Source of the DNA: a bacterium
GTDB taxonomy: Bacteria > UBA8248
Direction of reading: 5' to 3'
DNA length: 64,000 bases
Assembly (NCBI GenBank): GCA_965261085.1
Contig: OZ253442.1
Coordinates: 96,001-160,000 of the forward strand
The translations under genes and the position numbers were made by a program. This document shows positions 48,480 through 56,322 of this stretch, one piece after another. Within the stretch, counting starts at the first letter, position 1, and each line of letters begins with the position of its first letter. Under the pieces are notes generated by a model. It had not been told where the DNA came from, searched no databases, and worked only from the letters and a program-made list of their open reading frames with translations.

Positions 48480-50252
48480 TCAACTCCCCCCGCCGCGCGC
48501 CGCGCCTGCGGCTTCCACGCGAACCGTCACGATGTCCGTATCGTGGTATTGCTGGTGGCGAACCGAGGAGGCGAGGTGGCGCAGCAGTCTGAGCGAGACT
48601 TCTCTCTCGATCGGCGCGGCTGCCGTCTGCTCGCCGAGCAGCGCGATTTTATCCTGGAGATTCTCCTCACCGCCCGCGGCGACGAACTCCAACACCGCGC
48701 CGCCGTCTTCTTTGTGGGCCACCACGAGCAGACGCCGCCGCTCGCGACCCTCGTCGGCTTCCTCCTGGCGCAGAAGCGTCAGCAGCGTCTCCTCACCCGC
48801 GGCGTCCAGGCGATGCGCCATCGCCGCATCCCAGCCACCGGCCGAGGCGAACTCGCCGAGAAACTCCCTTATCTTCGGTAAGGCCGAGAGGTCGAACGCC
48901 ACTTCGAGCCTGCTGCGCCGCGGTTCGGTGAGCTCGACGAACAGGGTCATGATCATGGCGACGAGGCCGCCGGCGGTCATTCCGTTACCCAGCAGGCCGC
49001 CCGCGAACGTGGAGAAATACTCAGGGTAAATCACTCCGTTCTGAAAGCCGACGCCCGCCCAGAACGCGACGCCCGCGACCAGCCCCTTGCGGTAGTCGAC
49101 TCCGTCCTGAACGATCATCCGCATGCCGACCACGAAGAGCATCGCCAGCAATACGGTGATGTAGGCCGCGGCGACCGGACCCGGTATCGCGAGCACCACG
49201 GCGACGAGCTTGGGAAGAAACGCCAGGGAGAGGAACACCAGCCCGGCGGCGACTCCGACGCTGCGCGCGCCGACGCCGGTGAGTTCGGTGACGGACACGC
49301 TCGTCGAATAGGTCGTGTTCGGCACCGTCGCCAAAAGGCCGGAGAGCAGGTTGCCCACCCCGTCGGCGGCCACCGCGCCCTGCACCGCCTTAAAATCCAC
49401 CGCCCGGGGCCGCCGCCAGGACACGCGCTGGATGGCGGCGGCGTCGCCCACGGTTTCGATGGCGCCGATCAGGGTCACGAACACGAACCCGGGAAGAAGC
49501 GCCCAGAAAACCGGCCCGAAGCTCAGATCCAGGCCCGGCCACGCGCCGTGGGGAAGGCCGATCCACGAGGCCCCGGCGACGCGGGCCGTATCGTAGATGC
49601 CGAAATAGCCTCCGATGAGCGAGCCCGCGACCACGCCGACCACCGGCGCCCACAGGCGCAGCGCCCCCGTCGCCTTGAGCGCGATGCCGACGATGACGGC
49701 CACTGTCGCCAGAGCGCTCAACGGGGCGGCGAGCGGCGGGCTGTCCTTCGGCACGTCCTTGAGCATGCCGAAGACTATCGGCATCACCGTCACCGCTATC
49801 AGCATGATGACGGTCCCCGCGACCGTCGGCGTCAGCACCCTCCTGAACAGGGAGAGGCGTTCTGAGAGCACGAACTGAAACAGCGAGGAGGCGAGAACCA
49901 GCGTGGCGAGCATCGCAGGTCCTCCCTGGGCGAGCGCCGCGATGCATACCGCGATGAAGGCGCCCGAGGTGCCCATGATGAGCACGTAGCCCGCGCCGAA
50001 ACGGCCGATGCGCACCGCCTGGAGCACCGTAGTCGCGCCGCAGACCGCCACCGCGGCGAACACGGCCCACGAGAGATAGGCCTCGGTTCCGCCGGCGGCC
50101 CGCACCACGATCGCAGGCGTGAAAACGATACCGCCCACGCAGAGGATGGCGAGTTGCAAACCCAGACCGAACGCGAGAAAGAACGGCGGTTTTTCGTCGG
50201 CTTCGTAGCGTACGCCGGTGTTCACGTGCTGGCCGGAATCCCTGGCGCTCAT
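48480..50252 (-). CDS. NCS2 (xanthine/uracil) family permease with C-terminal degenerate RsbW-like domain
   Basis: Y..DEKPP, LGLQ, IETVGD, ADGVGN, PNTTYS...LTGV NCS2 signature; ~140-aa soluble tail that aligns with the RsbW at 45408. Confidence 0.82.
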   Translation of the reverse strand: MSARDSGQHVNTGVRYEADEKPPFFLAFGLGLQLAILCVGGIVFTPAIVVRAAGGTEAYLSWAVFAAVAVCGATTVLQAVRIGRFGAGYVLIMGTSGAFIAVCIAALAQGGPAMLATLVLASSLFQFVLSERLSLFRRVLTPTVAGTVIMLIAVTVMPIVFGMLKDVPKDSPPLAAPLSALATVAVIVGIALKATGALRLWAPVVGVVAGSLIGGYFGIYDTARVAGASWIGLPHGAWPGLDLSFGPVFWALLPGFVFVTLIGAIETVGDAAAIQRVSWRRPRAVDFKAVQGAVAADGVGNLLSGLLATVPNTTYSTSVSVTELTGVGARSVGVAAGLVFLSLAFLPKLVAVVLAIPGPVAAAYITVLLAMLFVVGMRMIVQDGVDYRKGLVAGVAFWAGVGFQNGVIYPEYFSTFAGGLLGNGMTAGGLVAMIMTLFVELTEPRRSRLEVAFDLSALPKIREFLGEFASAGGWDAAMAHRLDAAGEETLLTLLRQEEADEGRERRRLLVVAHKEDGGAVLEFVAAGGEENLQDKIALLGEQTAAAPIEREVSLRLLRHLASSVRHQQYHDTDIVTVRVEAAGAARGGGS

Positions 50253-50637
50253 CTCGCATCCTTCCCGGCTGGAAAGCGGGTCTTCGGTGGAGCGGAAACC
50301 TGCGTTCGATGTGGTCGCAACCGAACCGGATTTTCTCACACCTCTTTTTGTCCCTCAAGAAAAAAGGCCTGCGAAGGACATCGATGGGCGAATGTTCAGG
50401 GTTTGAGGCGAAAATCGCATTTTTTGCGTATTTTTTTGGCGGGCAATTACAATTTTGTTGACGAAACGAACACGCCATATATACTTTTCGGGTAACGTCT
50501 TCTTATTTTGCCTGGACATAAGGGCGGCAAAGCAACCACTCTCTCCCGGACACGGCGGCTATGGAGCCCCGGCGGGAGAAAGTGAGGAAGCACTGCCCGC
50601 TTTTGGAGCAGGCTTATCATCTGGAGAACTCGAAACA

Positions 50638-50925
50638 GTGAAAACCGTAGAGGAAGTGCGCGAGGAAATTATCAGAAAGGCGAGCGAGAACGAGGCGTTC
50701 CGCTCCGAATTGCTGGCCGACCCCAAGGCCGCCATTGAACGGGAATTGGGGGTCACCATTCCCGATGGGTTCAAGATCGGCGTGCACGAAGACAACATCA
50801 TGAGCTTTCACCTGGTGTTGCCGCCGGCCGAGTTGAGCGAGGCGGACCTGAGCGCCGTCGTGGCCGGAACGCAGACGATGCAAGACTTCGCCAACGCCTG
50901 GAACAACTTGAACCAGAACTCCTGA
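50638..50925 (+). CDS. NHLP (nitrile hydratase-like leader) RiPP precursor peptide
   Basis: IIRKA.ENEAFRSELLADPKAAIERELG..IP....VHED....HLVLP..ELSEADL.AV.AG leader; core TQTMQDFANAWNNLNQNS; GTG start after GGAG. Confidence 0.88.
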   Translation: MKTVEEVREEIIRKASENEAFRSELLADPKAAIERELGVTIPDGFKIGVHEDNIMSFHLVLPPAELSEADLSAVVAGTQTMQDFANAWNNLNQNS

Positions 50926-51019
50926 TACGATATACCGAAAGAGTTCCATAATCTGATCGACAGGTTTGCCGAAAAACCCTGAGAGGGGATTGGTTCGGGA
51001 TGCCGCTTTGTGGGTTTGA

Positions 51020-51062
51020 ACGGCTCTGCGGTCCACTTCGTTGAAGGGAGACCGAAGAGCCG
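51020..51062 (+). other. Intergenic stem-loop between the RiPP precursor and the enzyme gene
   Basis: CGGCTCT-G-CGGTC..CTTC-GTT-GAAG..GACCG-A-AGAGCCG; no U-tract. Confidence 0.5.
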
Positions 51063-51120
51063 AACTTGCTCATCGTCGTCTTGACCCCAATGTACGTATC
51101 CCGCTCAGAAACAGGATTCG

Positions 51121-52218
51121 ATGATGTCTGAGAATTTCGGGGACGTCTTTCCAAGGTTGCGCCGCTTTTTCCCATCCTCCCTGCTTGACGACCCGTGGTG
51201 GGATCGGCTGGTGGAGCGCGTCGGCGAACTTCCGAGTTGGCTGACCCTGAACTACGCAGCCTTCGAGTTCCGGTTGGGAGACCCTGCGCCCGCCGCCGAT
51301 TATTTCGTCTCGGTTACGCCCGGGCGTCCATCCATGGAGTATTACGTCCACCTGGGCGAGGACGCAAAACCGGACTCCGCCGAGGCGGCCCTCGCCCGGG
51401 TCTACGCCCGCATGAACGGGGCGGGCTCCCCTTCCGAATCCTCTCTCGCCGGCTGGTTCAGAGCGTCGATGCTCGAATACGACATCGCGGAGATTCCTTT
51501 GAACCAGCGACAGCCCCCGGGCGTGTTCCTGGCGCTTCAGCCTCAATCCGAACTGGATGAAAACCTCGTGGGTTCGCGAACTCCTGACCGCCTGGCCGCC
51601 ACCATAGTGAGCGCGGTCGGGTGGGACGAGGACGAGGAAGAGCGCCGCGCCGTGGAACGGGCCTTCGCCGCCTTGCCCCGGGACGGCGTGGTGGATCAGA
51701 TCGGCGCCGCGGCGCAGCGCGAGCCGCGCTCCATCCGCCTCATCGTGGACGGGTTGAAAGGGCGCAACATGCCGGCTCTCCTGAAGCGGCTGAAATGGGA
51801 AGGCCCCACCCGGAAGGTGATGGACGTTTTAGAGGAGATGCGCGACGTGACGCCGGTCTTCCGGCTCGCGGTGGACGTCGGCGCGCACGGCGTGGGGCCG
51901 CGCCTGGGCCTCGAGATGTACAGGCCGAGAAAACCCTCGAACCTCGACTACTGGCTGACCTCGGGGCGCAACGCCTGGCGTCCCGTCGTGGACTACCTCG
52001 AAGAGATGAAATGGTGTCTGCCGGAAAAGGGAGACGGCCTGCGCGCATTCCCGGGAATCGAGCGAATTTTCGATGAAAACGGCATGTCCATCCTGTATAA
52101 GGGAATCAACCACTTCAAGCTGTCCATCGAGGGCGACGCCGTCGAGGCCAAGGCCTACGCCGCCCTCGCCTACTTCCGGCTCTACGCTCCCTCCGAGGAA
52201 GAATCTGAGCCGGCGTGA
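51121..52218 (+). CDS. Uncharacterised protein, putative RiPP maturase (PT-barrel prenyltransferase-like)
   Basis: Codon usage matches the backbone; directly follows the NHLP precursor; strand-like motifs FEFRL, LEYD, PGVFL, QIG..R...IRL, GPRLGLE, NHFKL...AKAY. Confidence 0.55.
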   Translation: MMSENFGDVFPRLRRFFPSSLLDDPWWDRLVERVGELPSWLTLNYAAFEFRLGDPAPAADYFVSVTPGRPSMEYYVHLGEDAKPDSAEAALARVYARMNGAGSPSESSLAGWFRASMLEYDIAEIPLNQRQPPGVFLALQPQSELDENLVGSRTPDRLAATIVSAVGWDEDEEERRAVERAFAALPRDGVVDQIGAAAQREPRSIRLIVDGLKGRNMPALLKRLKWEGPTRKVMDVLEEMRDVTPVFRLAVDVGAHGVGPRLGLEMYRPRKPSNLDYWLTSGRNAWRPVVDYLEEMKWCLPEKGDGLRAFPGIERIFDENGMSILYKGINHFKLSIEGDAVEAKAYAALAYFRLYAPSEEESEPA

Positions 52219-52309
52219 TCGGGGGGGGCGGGGGGCGGTCAATCAGACGGCGGGGTGGTTTTTTGGAGAAGTAATTATACGCTTGTCTAACTATATAAGG
52301 AATTTATAT

Positions 52310-53560
52310 TCAAATTGATATTTTGGTTTGCTTGGGCAACAATTTGTCAAAATCACTTTTATTAATCAAATTATCAGCAAATCCTCTCATGACAATATAT
52401 GGCCGCATCAGTGGACTGTTAAAACGATAGCGTATCTGACGTTTTGGACCCGTTCGATAAAGAAGTCCTCCACGTTCTTTACCACTCAATTCTTTCAGGT
52501 GACGGGCGAAATTTGGAATATCATATGAGCGATTCGTGATAATTCGCAAAGGTTCCCGAACATTCGCTGCAGAGAAATATCCGAGGTCGTCATTCTCAGC
52601 GAATGCACAAGCCAAAACAACTTCTCTGAAGATGTGACCTGGTTGCTGGCTCTTGGTTGCACGATAATACGCCATCTTGATTGATTCTTGCCATTGTTCG
52701 AGGGCTCTTTCCATTCCTTCGTTTACGTCTTGATTTTCAAGCTCTTTACTTTCTCTCTTTATTGCCACCTTTGTAGCGTGAAGCGCGAGCAGGTGGGTAA
52801 CATATGGCAAACCCTGAGACAGGCTAACAATTTCTGATTTTGCATCATCTTTAATTTTCATCTGTAGTCGCCCCATGCCTTTTGCAACAATTTCGGCAAT
52901 TTCAGTGTTTGACATACGCGGCATCGGTACTTGGACAAGCGCTCGTTCGATGGATTGATGCTCGCTGATCAATTCGTCTACAGAATCTGCGACACCGATC
53001 AGAAGAATTGTAGCTTTAACACTATAATCAGAAAGACTTTTGATTGTGTCAGCCATTACGGCGGGAATTTCACTGTTCACTGTCCGATCGAACTCATCAA
53101 ATACTGGAACAAGAATAATTCCGTGTGAAAATTCATCTAAAATTCTACGAATATCTTCTGGAGATAAATTTTCAGGAAGGCTCTCCACAAGTTTCCGTCT
53201 AACACTAACTTCTTGTTTGGTAAATCCAACCCCAGGACGTGTCGCAGTTAAGGTGATGTTGTCAAACTGTTTTTTCCACAGACTTGTGAATGTATCAGTT
53301 GTGTCACAATTTACGCGTGGAAGGAGAAATCTTCCGCCAGTTTTGTGCAAAAAACTTAAAAGGACATTAGATAATGAAGTCTTTCCAACTCCACGCTCAC
53401 CATAAAGAACCGCATGGTAACCACGCTGAGAAATAGTGTCGATTATCTTATTTACTTGGTCAATCCTACCCGAAAATAATTCAGCCTCACTGATTGGGGC
53501 ACCCGGCGTGAACACTTGGTTCGCATTAAACTCTAACTCAGCCCAATAATCGCTCGCCAT
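52310..53560 (-). CDS. AAA+ ATPase (ORC1/Cdc6- or STAND-like) with probable C-terminal winged helix
   Basis: FTPGAP, FSGR, GERGVGKTS, VFDEFD, SQGLPY..H; AT-rich. Confidence 0.8.
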   Translation of the reverse strand: MASDYWAELEFNANQVFTPGAPISEAELFSGRIDQVNKIIDTISQRGYHAVLYGERGVGKTSLSNVLLSFLHKTGGRFLLPRVNCDTTDTFTSLWKKQFDNITLTATRPGVGFTKQEVSVRRKLVESLPENLSPEDIRRILDEFSHGIILVPVFDEFDRTVNSEIPAVMADTIKSLSDYSVKATILLIGVADSVDELISEHQSIERALVQVPMPRMSNTEIAEIVAKGMGRLQMKIKDDAKSEIVSLSQGLPYVTHLLALHATKVAIKRESKELENQDVNEGMERALEQWQESIKMAYYRATKSQQPGHIFREVVLACAFAENDDLGYFSAANVREPLRIITNRSYDIPNFARHLKELSGKERGGLLYRTGPKRQIRYRFNSPLMRPYIVMRGFADNLINKSDFDKLLPKQTKISI

Positions 53561-53588
53561 ACGCCACCTCAAGCGTCTAGTAAAGAAG

Positions 53589-53735
53589 TAAACTCATATA
53601 ATAACACCTTAATCTTGTCAAGTATTAGGCTGAACGCCGTCGTTTCGCCTTGCGACTAATAAACTGCTAAACTCATATAGTAATGCCTTAATCTTGTCAA
53701 GTATGAGACTGAACGCCGTCGTTTCGCTTTACAAC
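53589..53735. repeat. Imperfect tandem duplication (79-bp period)
   Basis: TAAACTCATATA.TAA..CCTTAATCTTGTCAAGTAT.AG.CTGAACGCCGTCGTTTCGC at 53589 and 53668; each copy has TTGACA on the minus strand. Confidence 0.8.
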
Positions 53736-53857
53736 CCGAGGGTAAGCTTTGCCTAACGCGGAAGGAGCTAATCAACGATGCAGTAGATCGTCAGGCAAAG
53801 CGCATCGCCTTCGTGGACGAGAATCTGACTAATCCTTCTGCCGGAGCAATCCAATGA
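53729..53857 (+). pseudogene. Probable C-terminal remnant of an upstream DUF488 gene
   Basis: Frame reads LQPEGKLCLTRKELINDAVDRQAKRIAFVDENL...Q*, with its TGA overlapping the next ATG; resembles the tail of the first gene of tandem DUF488 pairs (recalled, not searched). Confidence 0.45.
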
Positions 53858-54291
53858 AATTATTCACCACCGGATTTACCAATAAGTCGGCATGCCGTTT
53901 CTTTGACCTACTTCTGGAATCGCGTGTGAAAAGGATTTTGGGCGTTCGAATCAACAACGGGTCGCAACTCGCCGGTTTCGCCAAGAAGGACGATCTCTCG
54001 TACTTCCTCGAAAAGATTTGTGGAATGGATTATGTTCATCTGCCAGACCTCGGCGCCACGAAGGAGTTATTACGGGAGTATCAAGCAGGAAACTTAGATT
54101 GGGAGACCTATGAAAAGCGTTTCACAGAGTTGATGCGTGAACGACGCATTGAGGAAACGACTCCAAAAGATGTTCTAAGCGATGGCTGTCTTTTGTGTAG
54201 CGAAGATCAGCCACATCATTGCCACCGTCGACTCGTAGCGGAATATCTAAACGAACATTGGAGAGACATCGATATCTCCCACTTGCGTTAA
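53854..54291 (+). CDS. DUF488 family protein
   Basis: FT.GFT.KSA..FF, VR.NN.SQLAGFAK, LLCSE..PHHCHRRLVAEYL. Confidence 0.88.
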   Translation: MKLFTTGFTNKSACRFFDLLLESRVKRILGVRINNGSQLAGFAKKDDLSYFLEKICGMDYVHLPDLGATKELLREYQAGNLDWETYEKRFTELMRERRIEETTPKDVLSDGCLLCSEDQPHHCHRRLVAEYLNEHWRDIDISHLR

Positions 54292-54680
54292 TCGGCGAAT
54301 ACGCAGGTAAGAGAACATCGTATGTTCAGAAACTCCATAAGAAAAGCTAACCTAAAATAGAAACCGAGTAACACGAAAATCACGACACCAGCACAACATG
54401 GTCGGGCAGACGCGCTCACGGAAACCTATCAGCAATCATTCTTCCCCCTCATCCTCCCCGATGAAATTCGTGATGGCGACGCTCGCTCCCGAAACCCAGC
54501 GGTGATGTGACCGACACGTCGTTTCCTGAAACTTTGCATTCGAATGTGGCAACCGCAAGGTCAACCAATCACGCGCTCCTCCAACTCGGAAAAGAAAGGC
54601 CGCTCCTCCCGGAACGGGGAGAAGGGATATGCCGGCGCAGGTGAAAGATTGACAAGTGTCGATTGACACATTACATCTGA

Positions 54681-54806
54681 CTGCTCCACGCGCTCAAAGG
54701 CGAATGGAGAGGCTATTGGCCGGTCACCGTGAATGCGAACCGGCGCATCATCTTCCGCTTCGAGGGTGAGGATGCGCACGACGTTGAACTCATCGACTAT
54801 CACTGA
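54681..54806 (+). pseudogene. higB: Truncated HigB (RelE-family killer) toxin, C-terminal half only
   Basis: LLHALKGEWRGYWPVTVNANRRIIFRFEGEDAHDVELIDYH*, preceded by an in-frame TGA and with no start codon. Confidence 0.8.
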
Positions 54807-54821
54807 ATAAAGGAGTGCCCC

Positions 54822-55115
54822 ATGCCCATGAAGAATCCGCCGCATCCCGGCAAGGTCGTGCGCGTCTCCTGTCTGGAGCCGCTGGGCCTGAGCGTGACCG
54901 AAGGCGCCAAAGCGCTGGGCGTCAGCCGCCAAGCCCTCTCGAACCTGGTGAACGGGCGCGCGCGGGTGTCCTCCGAGATGGCGATTCGCCTCGCCAAGGC
55001 CTTCGGCTCCACGACGGAGACCTGGATACGCCTTCAGACGGCTTATGACATCGCCCAAGCACTTGAACGCGAGGATGAAATCGAGGTCAAACGCTACGAG
55101 CCGCAACCGGCGTGA
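54822..55115 (+). CDS. higA: HigA addiction module antitoxin
   Basis: [43 protein letters not shown]. Confidence 0.92.
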   Translation: MPMKNPPHPGKVVRVSCLEPLGLSVTEGAKALGVSRQALSNLVNGRARVSSEMAIRLAKAFGSTTETWIRLQTAYDIAQALEREDEIEVKRYEPQPA

Positions 55116-55181
55116 GAGGAGCCGGCTGCAATTTAGCCGCGCGGGCCAACCTCGACCGGAGAAGGAGGACTCCTGTGTCCC

Positions 55182-55502
55182 CTACGAAATCGCGGCGTCC
55201 CCCGCCACGAGCACGACGTGATCGGTTTCAATGCGCCGCCTGAAATGCTCGGGCACGGAATCCCACACGAATACGTCCACGCGAAAAGGCAGGCTGCTCT
55301 CCTCTAACGCTTCTTTGAGATCGTAGACTCTTCGGCTTTGGGCGGGCTCGGCGAACACGACCATATCCAGATCGGATTTGGGGCGCGCTTCTCCCCTCGC
55401 GCGGGAGCCGTACACCCAGGCGGCGGTGTTCGGCAGATGCTTATCGAGCAAACCCAGAATGAGCGCGCGCTGCGCCTCGGTGACGTCGATGGTCTTGGTC
55501 AT
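55182..55502 (-). CDS. Minimal nucleotidyltransferase (MNT antitoxin)
   Basis: YGSRARG....SDLD, LPFRVD; its ATG overlaps the upstream HEPN stop. Confidence 0.88.
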   Translation of the reverse strand: MTKTIDVTEAQRALILGLLDKHLPNTAAWVYGSRARGEARPKSDLDMVVFAEPAQSRRVYDLKEALEESSLPFRVDVFVWDSVPEHFRRRIETDHVVLVAGDAAIS

Positions 55503-55911
55503 TCCCATGTCCGTTTGGTCATGGTTTGGTAGAGACCCGCGGCGTCTTCAATGAAATCACCCACTATCTCCAAAGCGGCTCGCGCCTTTTCGCCGCTGTA
55601 GGCGTGGGCGGTATCGCGGCATAGCCCAGCCATCGCTCCAGAGGCGCAGGGAGCATCAAATCGTTCTCGAAGGCGAGTCTGAAGACGGGCTTGGGGCTGT
55701 TGGGCGCATTCGCGACGCCCAACTCTTCGACCAGGTATCGCTTGGGCACCTTCCAGAGGCAGTCGTAGCAGGTCTCGAAACGCTGGATGACCGACTCGGC
55801 GACGGCTTCTCTGAGCAGTTCGGGTAGTACGGCGTCGGGTTTCCGATAATTCTCATACTGCTCTTCCAGACGTTTGAGGGACATCCGAAAATTGTCGTAC
55901 TCAACCATCAT
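55499..55911 (-). pseudogene. HEPN / nucleotidyltransferase substrate-binding (HI0074-like) toxin, frameshifted
   Basis: IQRFETCY..LWK, SPKPVFR; after WLGY the homologous tail RDTAHAYSGEKA...FIEDA..LYQTMT...WE* continues in another frame. Confidence 0.78.
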
Positions 55912-56322
55912 ACGCCTCACAACGTCGAAAAACCTTCATCCGCATCGGGCCTCGACCATCATCCCACAAGGCATGAATTTGTCAATAAATCGCACAGGCG
56001 CATTTGCCCGCATCTGCGGTGCGGCGGGACCGGGCCGGTTCGGGTAGATTCCGGGAAGCGTTTCTTGGAGGAGAACACATGCGTAGATGCCGAAATTCAG
56101 AGGGCGCGCTTCACTTTAGAGATCGCACGAGGGACGCAAGAATTCAGAATAATGCAAATAATCAAATTTCCTGTAAAATTAGATAAATTGACGAGGTTAT
56201 TCGATAAATTAACGGGGTATTTCTAAAAATAAACGAACCATAAAACGGCTCTTTTTCAGCGCAAAACGGCCCTTTTTCGGCTGAAAACCTGGGCTTTCGC
56301 CCCTTTTCGGGGCTAAACGGCC

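Noticed and set aside
50455-50637. 156-aa extended version of the NHLP ORF, or a nitrile hydratase alpha subunit
   Set aside because: Homology starts at the GTG at 50638, which has an RBS, and the metal-binding CxxCSC motif of nitrile hydratase is absent.
53589-53735. Direct repeats as a possible mini-CRISPR array
   Set aside because: Only two ~65-bp copies with a very short gap and no cas genes; the geometry does not fit CRISPR.
54678-54680. In-frame TGA before the higB fragment as a possible selenocysteine codon
   Set aside because: The upstream sequence shows no HigB similarity; truncation is the simpler explanation.
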